The position numbers were made by a program, and so were the translations under genes. 64,000 nucleotides of DNA from Salinispira sp. (GTDB lineage Bacteria; Spirochaetota; Spirochaetia; DSM-27196; Salinispiraceae): assembly GCA_965226555.1 (NCBI GenBank), contig CBDDDG010000018.1:42548-106547 (forward strand). The letters are read 5' to 3'. Below are positions 21,830-32,608 of this stretch, piece by piece (position 1 is the stretch's first letter; every line of letters starts with the position of its first letter). The notes under the pieces were generated by a model. That model was given only the letters and a program-made list of their open reading frames with translations, was not told the origin of the DNA and did no database searches.

Positions 21830-22154
21830 TTTCCGCTCGGGATCATCCCTGAAGGGAGCGCTGACAACGAGAGCGCAGTGAAGGTTCTTTTTTCCCGCAA
21901 TGTAGCTGGGATTTTCAATGCGGATTTTGTCCATGTCCAGCTTGGCAAGCGTTGTATCCTCACAGAACAGCCGCAGCAGGTCGGGAATGGGGGCTGGTAT
22001 GCTCTGTGTCGATACGATCCACGCCCCCGGGGAAAATCCTCAGCGCGAGGTTTTTGTTGAAATATGAGTATATGAAGTGCCAGAATATCTGAGCATTCCC
22101 GAAAACATATTTCCAGCTTTTGTCTTGTACCATTCCTATATATTTTCCGCTCAT
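21830..22154 (-). pseudogene. Mosaic Rpn N-terminal fragments
   Basis: MSGKYIGMVQDKSWKYVFG.. fused at ccagcccccattcccgac to a type-B PDLLRLFC..LVVSAP segment. Confidence 0.7.
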
Positions 22155-22263
22155 ACCATATAGACGGGTTACATATGAATGGTGAATATGAGAAAGTTTT
22201 TGAAAAAGTTTCTATTATTTTGAGATATTACTGTTGGACCTGACCCCGGCGCGGGGAGCGCTG

Positions 22264-22467
22264 CTACGCTTCACCGTTTTTCTGAAATGCTCGAATTTCA
22301 TCTCCGCTGAGATTGGTGATATCATGAATAATGTCCATCGATATGCCCTTCCTGAGCATTTTGAGTACCTGCTCACGCTGGAGCTGAGCTTGCCCCTGCT
22401 CAATTCCTTGCTCAAACCTGTGCTCAACACCTGCCCGCCATGGCTTATCTAAAAGATCTACCAACAT
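22264..22467 (-). CDS. Stand-alone RpnS-like small protein, 67 aa
   Basis: Own SD (GAGGAGGT); GxEQG repeats plus MLRKGISMDIIHDITNLS tail. Confidence 0.8.
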   Translation of the reverse strand: MLVDLLDKPWRAGVEHRFEQGIEQGQAQLQREQVLKMLRKGISMDIIHDITNLSGDEIRAFQKNGEA

Positions 22468-22519
22468 ACGTTTTACCTCCTCAGGATGTTCCTGCCGGCT
22501 GCAGGCCGAGCAACGTCAA

Positions 22520-23644
22520 TTAATGCGATCCGTTCCGCAATGCCCGCATTTCCTCATCGCTCAGCCCGGTAATCCTCTGAACAGCCTCTGTCGACAACCC
22601 TTCCAAAAACATACTGCGGGCGTTTTTTCTCCGCTCCTCAATATGCCCCTCCGCGCGACCTGCCTGTAGCCCCTTCTGAAGTCCTTCTTCACGACCTGTT
22701 TGCAATCCTGTCTGAAGTCCTTCCTGCCGACCTGTTTGCAATCCTGTCTGAAGTCCTGTCTGCAGGCCTTCTTCACGACCTGTCTGCAATCCTTCCTGTC
22801 GACCTGTTCGTAGTCCTTCCTGCCGACCCATCTCCGCAATGTGTGCTCTGAATGTTTCCGCATTCATTCTGAACATTTTTGCTACCTCCTTACCTCTCGG
22901 TTCTTTTGTTCTTTCTAATTGTTTCATTAGCGTGTCAAAGTCTATAACAATTCCGAACATCGAATCTACCACGCCGACAAATTCCTCTATCAGCTCCAGC
23001 GATTCCTCATTCAGCATTTCTGCTATCGCTTTCTCCACCTTCTGAATGTCCCAATCCGTATTCAGCAGATTTTTCGAGTACAGATCAAGGTACATAACAG
23101 CCGCAAACATTCTTCCCCGCTGCTGTAGCTGCTCCGCAGAATAATCGTTCTCGCTAATAAGATCATAAGGAAAAGGAGCAAGGTACTGCGGGAATTCCCG
23201 CGTGTTCTGCTTTCTGACATTCCCCGGCACCTTCCATTTTCGCGTACCATTATAGAACACAATGGGCAGAAATACCAATTCGCAGTCATCGGGAATTGCT
23301 CCGGATCGGTGAATGTTCCGGTAGAGCAAATTCGTATACTCCGACATGCGGAGGGGCATGTCTTTGTCCACGCCGGACTGATGCTCAAGGAGCACATAGA
23401 TAGCAACATCTCCCGTGTGATCCCGACTTCTGATTTTGCAGACAATGTCGGCCATCCGTGTTTTCGCATGGTCGATGAAAAAGGTACCGTTTTCAATGGT
23501 TATATCCTCGATTCGCAGTTTTTTCGTCCATGCGCCTCCGACAAAGCGTTGAAGAAATTGGAGCATTATTGCGGGTTGGAACAGCAGGGAGCGGTAGCCT
23601 TGGTCGTAGGGAACGGGTGCGGGTTTTTCTTTGAAATCGATCAT
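22520..23644 (-). CDS. Rpn-family PD-(D/E)XK nuclease type A, intact, 374 aa
   Basis: SD AGGAGG before ATG 23644; YDQGYR, ADIV, LLEHQS, MPLRM, PIVFYNG motifs; GRQEGLQT repeats. Confidence 0.9.
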   Translation of the reverse strand: MIDFKEKPAPVPYDQGYRSLLFQPAIMLQFLQRFVGGAWTKKLRIEDITIENGTFFIDHAKTRMADIVCKIRSRDHTGDVAIYVLLEHQSGVDKDMPLRMSEYTNLLYRNIHRSGAIPDDCELVFLPIVFYNGTRKWKVPGNVRKQNTREFPQYLAPFPYDLISENDYSAEQLQQRGRMFAAVMYLDLYSKNLLNTDWDIQKVEKAIAEMLNEESLELIEEFVGVVDSMFGIVIDFDTLMKQLERTKEPRGKEVAKMFRMNAETFRAHIAEMGRQEGLRTGRQEGLQTGREEGLQTGLQTGLQTGRQEGLQTGLQTGREEGLQKGLQAGRAEGHIEERRKNARSMFLEGLSTEAVQRITGLSDEEMRALRNGSH

Positions 23645-23797
23645 ATAATTCCTCCTGAACGAAACTTTTGCTACTGGAAATTGTGCTTGCACAATTTTCC
23701 AATGCAAAAATTTCTGAATAGGGGAGCTCCCATGGCGACATGGTCCCATGGTGAATTCTCCCTTATATATCTATAACGGGTAAAATGTCATTCTTGA

Positions 23798-24163
23798 CTA
23801 TGTATTTTGAAAGAATTTGAAAAAAGTTTTGATACTGAATAGAACTTTCCGGTCGGGGTCTGACAGGAAGGGGGCGCTGACAACGAGATCGCAGTGAAGG
23901 TTCTTTTTTTCCGCAATGTAGCTGGGGGTTTCAATGCGGATTTTGTCCAGATCCAGCTTGGCAAGAATCGTATCCGTACAGAACAGCCGCAGCAGGTCGG
24001 GAATGGGGGCTGGTATGCTCTGTGTCGATACGATCCACGCTCCCGGGAACAATGCTCCGCGCGAGGTTTTTGTTGAAGTAGGAGTATATGAAGTGCCAGA
24101 ATATCTGAGCATTCCCGAAAACATATTTCCAGCGTGTACCATTCCTATATATTTTCCGCTCAT
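23798..24163 (-). pseudogene. Mosaic Rpn N-terminal fragments (second copy)
   Basis: Paralogous to 21830-22154. Confidence 0.7.
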
Positions 24164-24568
24164 ACTATATAGACGGGTAAAATATGAATGGTGAATGATA
24201 AAATGAGAAAGTTTTTGAAAAAGTTTCTATTATTTTGAGATATTACTGTTGGACCTGACCCCGGCGCGGGGAGCGCTGCTACGCTTCACCGTTTTTCTGA
24301 AATGTTCGAATTTCATCCCCGCTGAGATTGGTGATATCATGAATAATGTCCATCGATATGCCCTTCCTGAGCATTTTGAGTACCTGCTCACGTTGGGTTC
24401 GATCATGTTCACGCTGGAGCTCAGCACGCCCCTGCTCAAGACCCTCAACCCGGCCTTTCAGAATACCTTTCTCCATTCCCTGCTCAAGACCCTCAATTCG
24501 GCCCTTCGCAATGCCTTCCCTTACGAAGGCGTTGGTAATATTATATGTCCGCATACTGTTTTCTCCTA

Positions 24569-24799
24569 CTGAAACTTTTGCATTGGAAAATTGTGCAGAG
24601 CACAATTTCCAGTAGCAAAAGTTTCACATTTGGCAGGCCTCGTTGCGCTTGGCATTCTCTCATTTTGTAGAAAGTTTTGCCACTGAAAAATTGTGCTCTG
24701 CACAATTTTTCAATGAGGATTCTCTCATCTATACTCTTGATTCTCTCACGGTATAGAAAGTTTTGCCTCAGGCAAAACTTTGTTGTGGCAAAACTTTGT
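24569..24799. mobile_element. Compound nested MITE
   Basis: Outer element carries an inner palindrome in one hairpin loop and a full ~100-bp unit (24683-24783) in the other. Confidence 0.8.
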
Positions 24800-24859
24800 C
24801 CAGGGTACAGTTCCCTGTCAATTTTCTCAAACTGCTCATACAGTCCCAAATCTTTTATA

Positions 24860-24959
24860 CCGAAAATTGTGCTCCGCACAATTTTCTAATCTGGATTCTC
24901 TCATCTCTATTCGTGATTCTCTCAAGATATAGAAAGTTTTGCCTGTGGCAAAACTTTGG
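24860..24959. mobile_element. 100-bp double-hairpin MITE, TA-flanked
   Basis: CCGAAAATTGTGCtccGCACAATTTTC..GAAAGTTTTGCctgtgGCAAAACTTTGG; absent from paralog at about 40778. Confidence 0.85.
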
Positions 24960-25057
24960 TATAGCCCAGCACACTTTCTGCCAGATCAGTAAAGTCTTGT
25001 GATGACAGACCGTTCAGGAGCTGCGCAATCTCTTTCAGCCCCTCATCGTTCATTTCA

Positions 25058-25158
25058 CTGAAAATTGTGCTCTGCACAATTTTCAAATGAGGATTCTCTC
25101 ATCTATACTCTTGATTCTCTCACGGTATAGAAAGTTTTTCCTAAAGGAAAAACTTTGT
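25058..25158. mobile_element. 101-bp double-hairpin MITE
   Basis: Same unit; same insertion point as 40583-40683 in the paralog. Confidence 0.85.
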
Positions 25159-25839
25159 TATTATCTCTCATAATATACCACAACGCAGTCGATGTATATC
25201 GTTTTCCATCGAAACGCCATGCCAACTGATCCTTTGTCATTCTCCTCAGATCGCACACAATGTACGACACTCTCGCCCTGACATCCACCGTGCCTTCGGT
25301 AAGGGATTCGGAAGCAGCATTTCCATGTAAACTGTAAAATGTGAGTGGGAGGTTCCATTCATTTTTTCCATGGTAGAACAGAAGTATATAGATAGCATCA
25401 TTTTCATTGTACACATTGCTGTTTCTGAGGGCATATTGGTAGTCATCGATCTGTGTGAGAGCATGTTTATTCAGGTAGCTTTTGTGTTCAATAATAAAAA
25501 GGGCCTTCCGGTCGGGGTCTGACAGGAAGGGGGCACTGACAACGAGATCGCAGAGAAGGTTCTTTTTTCCTGCAATGTAGCTGGGGGTTTCAATGCGGAT
25601 TTTGTCCAGATCCAGCTTGGCAAGCGTCGTATCCGTACAGAACAGCCGCAGCAGGTCGGGAATCATACGGGGGGTTCTGTAGTAGGCAATCTTGAAGGCT
25701 ATGTCGTGGATATGGCCTGTGCTGTGGAATGATTTTTTCATAAATATTCCTCCTACATCTGTGACGGGAGAAAAGTCATTTTTAACTATGTTTTGGGAAA
25801 GAATTTGAAAGAATGTTGTGATTTTTTTCGGGGAGTCGG

Positions 25840-26002
25840 GAATGGGGGCTGGTATGCTCTGTGTCGATACGATCCACGCTCCCGGGAACAATGCTCCGCG
25901 CGAGGTTTTTGTTGAAGTAGGAGTATATGAAGTGCCAGAATATCTGAGCATTCCCGAAAACATATTTCCAGCGTGTACCATTCCTATATATTTTCCGCTC
26001 AT
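25840..26002 (-). pseudogene. Rpn N-terminal fragment (third copy)
   Basis: Essentially identical to 24001-24163; a further copy lies at 39737-39890 on the plus strand. Confidence 0.65.
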
Positions 26003-26280
26003 ACTATATAGACGGGTAAAATATGAATGGTGAATGATAAAATGAGAAATTTTTTCAAAAAGTTTCTATTATTTTGAGATATTGACCCGATCCAGCCGCA
26101 TGGCGAGCAGAAGGCATGGCGAGCCAACGCGGAGCACCGACCAGCCTAGGAGACGCAGCCTCCCCGACCAGCCGTCTTGCTCGAAAAAAGGCAGGCACGG
26201 GGGCTGGTCGGCGCCCCATGCCTGCCTGAGTTGAATTGCAACGTTTCATTAGCCGCTGGGGGCTTCCGCCCTACTGGTTG

Positions 26281-28469
26281 CTATTTGGTGAAAATGTATA
26301 TTTTGCCAGAATCAACGCCAGCCGTATTATCATCAGTCCGCCGCGCGCCGACAATCGCAGTATCTCCATTCAGAGCAACGCTATATCCAAAATTCTCATT
26401 TGCTGGCGCACCATCAGTTTCTAGTTTTTGCCGCTGGGTCCAGCCGTTGCCGCTGACATCCTTGGTGAAAATGTAAGCACTGCCCTGCTCTGTAGTACCA
26501 GTGCTATCCTGAAATGCGCCGACAATCGCAGTATCTCCATCAATGGCAACACTAATTCCAAAATAATCATTTAGTTGTCCGTCAGATGCCGTCAGTTTGA
26601 CTTCATTGCCCCAGCCACTGTCGCCCTTGGTAAAAATGTATGCGGTACCGGAAGCATCGCCTTTATCATCACCATTAGACTCTCCGACAATCACGGTATC
26701 TCCATCAATGGCAACACTAGTTCCAAACAGATCATCTATATCAGTTGGCGTCAGTTTGACTTCATTTCCCCAGCCACTGTCGCCCTTGGTAAAAATGTAT
26801 ACGCCGGAATTGGTGCTCAGTGAACTCCCCGGCGCGCCGATAACCGCGGTAGTTCCATCAATGGCAACACTAGTTCCAAAGAAACTAATTGCAGCTCCAT
26901 CAGATGCCGTTAGGTTGACTCCATCGTCCCAGCCATCGGCACTGCTATCCTTGGTGAAAATGTAAGCGCTGCCATGATCATTATCATCAGTATTAGTATC
27001 ATCAGTATCATCCCAATATGCGCCAACAATCGCAGTATCTCCATCAATGGCAACACTAATTCCAAAATAATCATTTGGTTGTCCGTCAGTTGCCATCAGT
27101 TTTGCCTGCTGGGTCCAGCCGTTGCCAGTGGTATCCTTGGTGAACACATACGCGCTGCCGGAATTCATGCCGTTAGCATTAGTCTCAAAATACGCGCCGA
27201 CAATCGCAGTAGTTCCATCGTCATCCAGATCAACAGTGATTCCAAAATAATCACCTGCAGCCGCGTCACTTGCCTCCAGTTTTGCCTGCTGGGTCCAGCC
27301 GTTGCCAGTGGTATCCTTGGTGAACACATACGCGCTGCCAGCATTACTACTATCCTTATATGCACCGACAATCGCAGTGTCTCCATCTTCATCCAGAGCA
27401 ACAGTGATTCCAAACTGATCACCTGCAGCCGCGTCAGATGCCAAGCGTTCGATTTTGTTCGGAAAAAGAAGTAGTAAAACGGTAGCGCTATTCGACCATG
27501 CGCCATCGCCCACAGCGTTAACGGCGCGTACCTGTACGTGGTAGCTGGCGCCGTTTGTCAGCCCAGTAATGGTGTGGCTTGTGCCGGTGATGCCGGAGCT
27601 CATTTCCGTCCATGAGGTTCCGCCGTCCGCGCTATGGCGAAGGTGGTACCCGGTAATTTCGCTGCCGCCGTCATCGGGCGCTGTCCATGTAGCCGTAAGC
27701 GAAGCGTTCCCCGCTTCGAGAGTGGGAGCAGTTGGCGCGGCAGGAACAGTGGAAGATGCTGTAGGGGTTGCGATGGCAGATTCCGACCATGCGCCGCTTT
27801 CTCCGCTCGCGTTGACCGCGCGTACCTGTACTTCGTAGCTGATACCGTTTGTCAGCCCGCTAATGACGTGGCTTGTGCCGGTAATGCCGGAGGTGGTCTC
27901 CGCCCAGCTCCCCTTGCCGTCTTCCCTGTGGCGCAGGTGGTAGGAGCTAATGGCGCTGCCGCCGGTATCGGTCGGCGCTGTCCATGTTACCGTCAGTCGC
28001 TCATTCCCCGCTTCGAGAGTGGGAGCAGCCGGCGCTGCAGGAAGGGTAGCGAGAGGGGTTGCGGCGGCAGATGGCGACCATGCGCCCTCTCCATTCGCGT
28101 TGACCGCGCGCACTTGCACCTCATAGCCGGTACCGTTTGTTAGTCCGGCAATGGTGGAGCTTGTACCGTCAATGCCCTCGGTAATATCTGTCCAGCTTTC
28201 GCTGCCTTCTTCAGCATGGCGCAGGTGATAGTCGGTTACATTGTGACCGTCAAGCGCATCCCAAGAAACCGCAATTGTTCCGCTTCCCGCCGTTAGTTGC
28301 GGCATGGACATGGCAGGCGGCGCGTTGCCATCTACCGGTACGGGATCAGTACCCGGAACAGGATCTGGCCCCGGACACCCAGCAAGCACGGCAACGAGAA
28401 CCACGCTCATTATAATCAATACAGAGGACGTCCCCCCCATAACTTTCGTAGTGGATTAAAATTAAACAT
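26281..28469 (-). CDS. Surface lipoprotein: 3x fibronectin type III plus FG-GAP repeat propeller; frameshifted at G7 in signal peptide
   Basis: LAGC lipobox, fn3 motifs YEVQVRAVN, repeats FGISVAIDGDTAIVGA; SD-linked ATG 28469 is out of frame by one G. Confidence 0.85.
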
Positions 28470-28659
28470 TATTTTAATACTCCTTTCACTAAAAAATATT
28501 TGTCGGACAATGTCCGCTTATGTTTCATTGCAGATACGCGCTGAAACCTTTTTAAGAATTTATAACATAACATCGGAAATATCAACTATCGGCATGAATT
28601 TTATGGCAATTCCGCCCACTATCGGCGCTCGTAGGCAGCAGTGCCTGCGGGCGATGAAA

Positions 28660-30585
28660 CTAATACCATGATGGTATCAGACTACTTGGCACTCCAGAAT
28701 GTGAAAACATACCGTTTTTGTCTCCGATGTATTTGCCAGCGGCATTGAGCGTCCCGGCAGCAGTCGACCAATGATCCTTCCACTCCTCAAGATCGCGATT
28801 GAATGCGTGTGCCTGAGCGAACATCCCCTGCATATTCGTTACCAAACTGACATTCCAGCTTGAGATATCGCCATTGAATGTGCGTGCATAAAAGAACATC
28901 ATCCCCACACTCGTTACCGAACTGACATTCCAGCTTGAGATATCGCGATTAAATGCGCTTGCCTGATAGAACATCCCCGTCATATCCCTTACCGAGCTGA
29001 CATCCCAGTTTGAAATATCGCCATTGAATAGACTTGTTTGAAGGAACATATAGGACATATTCGTTACCCTGCTTGTATCCCAGCCGGAGATATCGCCAGT
29101 GAATGCGCTTTTGTCTTCGAAAACCTTGTACATATCGGTTATTGCCGTGGTAATAATGTAGTTGAGATTGGCGTTATTGCCCCAGTTGCTTTCTCCCGTA
29201 GTTAGCGCTGTTTCCAGTTCAGTTTTATTTTGAGGACTCACGATAACATAAAAATATTCGGCAAACAGTATGTCTGTGCCTCCAGATTCAGTGCCGTATA
29301 CCAGATATGTTCCGGCCGTTGTACTTGTAGTAACCGTAACCATGCCGGTACCCGAATCAACTGTCGGAACGGTAACCCCTGCGGGCGCAGTTGCAGCGGT
29401 AACCGTAATGACTCCTGATCCACTAACCGCGAGAGTGCCCGGTTCCACCGTGGTCAATGAAACGGTTGGGCTCTCATCGGAAATAATGGCATTAGAGGCA
29501 GCCGAAAGGCTTACCGTCGCTGCCGTACCCTCGGGAGTCTGTGTCGATGAAATTATTACCGGCGTTTCCGTTGCGGATAATGACCATGCGCCATTGCCTA
29601 CCGCGTTAACGGCGCGCACCTGTACGTGGTAGGAGGTACCGTTTGTTAGTCCGGCAATGGTGGAGCTTGTGCCGGTGATGCCGGAGCTCATTTCCGTCCA
29701 TGAGGTTCCGCCGTCCGCGCTATGGCGAAGGTGATACCCGGTAATGGCGCTGCCGCCGTCATCGGGCGCAGTCCATGTAACCCTAAGCGAAGCGTTCCCC
29801 GCTTCGAGAGTGGGAGCAGTCGGCGCGGCAGGAACAGTGGGAGTTGTGGTAGGGATTGCGGTAGGGGTTGCGCTGGCAGATTCCGACCATGCGCCGCTTT
29901 CTCCGCTCGCGTTGACCGCGCGTACCTGTACTTCGTAGCTGCTGCCGTTTGTTAGCCCGCTAATGACGTGGTTTGTGCCGGTAATGCCGGAGGTGATCTC
30001 CGTCCAGCTTCCCTTGCCGTCTTCCCTGTAGCGCAGGTGGTAGGAGCTAATGGCGCTGCCGCCGGTATCGGTCGGCGCTGTCCATGTTACCGTCAGTTGT
30101 TCATTCCCCGCTTCGAGAGTGGGAGCAGCCGGCGCTGCAGGAAGGGTAGCGGCGGCAGATTCCGACCATGCGCCTTCTCCGTTCGCGTTGACCGCGCGCA
30201 CCTGTACTTCGTAGCTGCTACCGCTTGTCAGCCCGGTAATGATGTGGCTTGTACCGTCAATGCCCTCGGTAATTTCCGTCCAGCTTCCGCTGCCTTCTTC
30301 AGCATGGCGCAGGTGATAGTCGGTTACACTGTGACCGTCAAGCGCATCCCACGAAACCGCAATTGTTCCGCTTCCCGCCGTTAGCTGCGGCATGGACATG
30401 GCAGGCGGCGCGCTGCCATCTGCCGGTACGGGATCAGTACCCGGAACAGGATCTGGCCCCGGACACCCAGTAAGCAGCGCGGCACACACCGCGCAGCATA
30501 CGACAAACAGGGAGTACTTCCCTCTTTTTGAGATCGCTGCATGGCAACGGTCTCTTTTTATAGTAAGTGTATTGAAAAGTATCAT
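28660..30585 (-). CDS. Surface lipoprotein: 3x fn3 plus DUF285/BspA-like repeats
   Basis: LTGC lipobox, fn3, repeats FNGDISxWDVSSVTNMxxMF. Confidence 0.88.
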   Translation of the reverse strand: MILFNTLTIKRDRCHAAISKRGKYSLFVVCCAVCAALLTGCPGPDPVPGTDPVPADGSAPPAMSMPQLTAGSGTIAVSWDALDGHSVTDYHLRHAEEGSGSWTEITEGIDGTSHIITGLTSGSSYEVQVRAVNANGEGAWSESAAATLPAAPAAPTLEAGNEQLTVTWTAPTDTGGSAISSYHLRYREDGKGSWTEITSGITGTNHVISGLTNGSSYEVQVRAVNASGESGAWSESASATPTAIPTTTPTVPAAPTAPTLEAGNASLRVTWTAPDDGGSAITGYHLRHSADGGTSWTEMSSGITGTSSTIAGLTNGTSYHVQVRAVNAVGNGAWSLSATETPVIISSTQTPEGTAATVSLSAASNAIISDESPTVSLTTVEPGTLAVSGSGVITVTAATAPAGVTVPTVDSGTGMVTVTTSTTAGTYLVYGTESGGTDILFAEYFYVIVSPQNKTELETALTTGESNWGNNANLNYIITTAITDMYKVFEDKSAFTGDISGWDTSRVTNMSYMFLQTSLFNGDISNWDVSSVRDMTGMFYQASAFNRDISSWNVSSVTSVGMMFFYARTFNGDISSWNVSLVTNMQGMFAQAHAFNRDLEEWKDHWSTAAGTLNAAGKYIGDKNGMFSHSGVPSSLIPSWY

Positions 30586-30742
30586 TTTACTCTCCTAAAA
30601 AAGTTAGTTTTGATACGATGTTTCAGGGAAACATCAATATACATTTCCCACATCATTTTTACTAAATTATACCACAGTTTTGCATTGATCAAGTGTTGCC
30701 TTGGAAAATTGTGCAAGCACAATTTCCAGTAGCAAAGGTTTC

Positions 30743-32608
30743 TTATATAACGTAGTGCCTGTTTTGGGTTTCATGGAGAGCGCGGTACATTCCATCGTGC
30801 TTTATGAGCTCGTTGTGGGTACCGGATTCAACAATTCTGCCCTTATTGAGAACAAGAATACGGTCGGCATCCTGAATGGTTGAAAGGCGATGGGCAATTG
30901 CAATTGATGTTCGCCCTTCGAGAATACGGGTAATAGCGCGCTGGACTTTTTTCTCTGTTTTTGTGTCGATACTTGCTGTTGCCTCATCCATAATGACCAC
31001 CCGCGGGTCCTGAATAAGAAGGCGGGCGAAGGAGAAAAGCTGGAGTTGCCCAACAGAAAAATTAGCAGCGTTCTCGGCTACCATGGTGTCCAGTTCCAGT
31101 GGGAGACTTCTGACAAAGTCACCAATTTCTACTTCATTGAGAATGGCATATATATTTTCATCATCCATTATCTTTCCGAGGAGCAGATTGTCGCGGATTG
31201 TGAGATGAAAGAGTGAGACATCCTGCTGGATAATCTGGATAAAGCTCCGCAGATTCCGAGGCGGAATAGTTGTGATATCAATGCCGTCAATGAAAATACT
31301 GCCTGAGTCCAGTTCCCATAATCGGGTAAGGATGTTCGCTATGGTGCTTTTTCCCGATCCGGTGTGCCCTACCAGAGCGATTTTTTCGCCCGCCCGGCAG
31401 TTCAGGGAAACATTGCGGAGTACCGGTTCTCCGGGAACATAGGAAAAGGTGATATTTCTGATCTCAATGGCGCCGTTGATATCATGCTTCTCTGGAAGTT
31501 CCGCATCGCGATTATCGGAAGGAGCTTCCGGCTCGCGCTCATCAATATCGAGAAGGCTGAATACCCGCTCACTTCCCGTGAGAGCCGATTGAATAAGGGT
31601 GAATTTTTCCGCCATATCCTGTACCGGCGAATAAAAGCGCTGAATGAGGTTGATGAAGGCAATGAGCACACCGAGGCTGATAATATCATTCAGATAGTCG
31701 GATGCTCCGAAGTATATAATAAAAGCGACCGAACAAATGGCCAGCAGGTCAATGAGGGGGCGGAAAACAGTAAATACATACAATTCACCCAAATTTGCCT
31801 TGAAGAGCTTGGTGTTTCGTTCGGAAAATTCCTGAATAACCTTTTTCTCTCTCACAAAGGCCTGAACCACACTAACACCGGCAAAATGTTCGGAAAGGTA
31901 GGCATTTACCGCAGATATCCATTTCCGCACACGGTGGTAGGCTTTCCGGGATAGTTTCTGAAAAATGATCAGGACGGCAGTAACCGGGGGGAGGATAAAG
32001 AGCGACAACAGACCGAGCCGGGGGCTCAGGACAAAAAGGGCGATAAATACCCCGATCATCATAACAACATCGCTGACGATGGCATTCAGAATGTTGGTGA
32101 ACAGTTCATTAATTGTTTCAACATCATTCGAAACACGGGTTACCAGCCTTCCTACCTGCTGATTCTGCAGAAAACTGAGGCGCTGCCTGCTTGTCCGCTT
32201 ATAGAGATCCATTCGTATATCCTTCATGAATCTCTGTCCGGCCATGGACAGGAGATATACCTGCAGGAAGCTGAAAACGAGCACGCATAATAAGAGGGCA
32301 AGATAGAGAATAACCTTATTCTGGACTCCCTTCCAGTCTTGGATACGGAGGGTCTGCTTTTCATCGGAGGAAAGTTCTTGGTAGTTTTCTTCAGAAAGAG
32401 AGCTGTCGGCTGGAACCCAGCCGGGCCTCAGATCATTATCGACTGCCTGCTGTATAAGAATTGGCAGGTATAATTGCGCGCCGGTGCTCAGAACAATGAA
32501 GATAATGCTCAGGAGGATCAGAGGCCAGTGCGGCGCGGCATATCTGAAAATACGCCCGAGAATTCCTGAATTGCCGGATGTGTTTTCTAATTCTTCATGC
32601 TGAATCAT
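30743..32608 (-). CDS. ABC exporter ATPase/permease (MdlB-like half)
   Basis: TM domain, GHTGSGKS, FSVGQ, MDEAT. Confidence 0.92.
   Translation of the reverse strand: MIQHEELENTSGNSGILGRIFRYAAPHWPLILLSIIFIVLSTGAQLYLPILIQQAVDNDLRPGWVPADSSLSEENYQELSSDEKQTLRIQDWKGVQNKVILYLALLLCVLVFSFLQVYLLSMAGQRFMKDIRMDLYKRTSRQRLSFLQNQQVGRLVTRVSNDVETINELFTNILNAIVSDVVMMIGVFIALFVLSPRLGLLSLFILPPVTAVLIIFQKLSRKAYHRVRKWISAVNAYLSEHFAGVSVVQAFVREKKVIQEFSERNTKLFKANLGELYVFTVFRPLIDLLAICSVAFIIYFGASDYLNDIISLGVLIAFINLIQRFYSPVQDMAEKFTLIQSALTGSERVFSLLDIDEREPEAPSDNRDAELPEKHDINGAIEIRNITFSYVPGEPVLRNVSLNCRAGEKIALVGHTGSGKSTIANILTRLWELDSGSIFIDGIDITTIPPRNLRSFIQIIQQDVSLFHLTIRDNLLLGKIMDDENIYAILNEVEIGDFVRSLPLELDTMVAENAANFSVGQLQLFSFARLLIQDPRVVIMDEATASIDTKTEKKVQRAITRILEGRTSIAIAHRLSTIQDADRILVLNKGRIVESGTHNELIKHDGMYRALHETQNRHYVI

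Larger units (their letters stand above)
24279..25741 (-). pseudogene. Rpn nuclease type B broken by three MITE insertions; C-terminal 24279-24554 intact with SD
   Basis: HDIAFK, CDLVV, IIEHKS, LFYHG; colinear with 40000-41056 apart from extra inserts at 24569-24799 and 24860-24959 (25058-25158 insert shared) and a different C-terminal tail. Confidence 0.88.

Noticed and set aside
23645..23749. N-terminal extension of Rpn type A (LHWKIVQAQFPVAK)
   Set aside because: Translation of the palindromic repeat; the strong SD marks ATG 23644 as the start.
24569..25158. Clustered palindromes resembling a CRISPR array
   Set aside because: Repeats are not identical, spacers are either repeated MITE cores or Rpn coding sequence, and there are no cas genes.
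25742..26002. Long N-terminus of the 299-aa ORF
   Set aside because: Chance read-through of a frameshifted stub and the leader; the SD-linked start is 25741.
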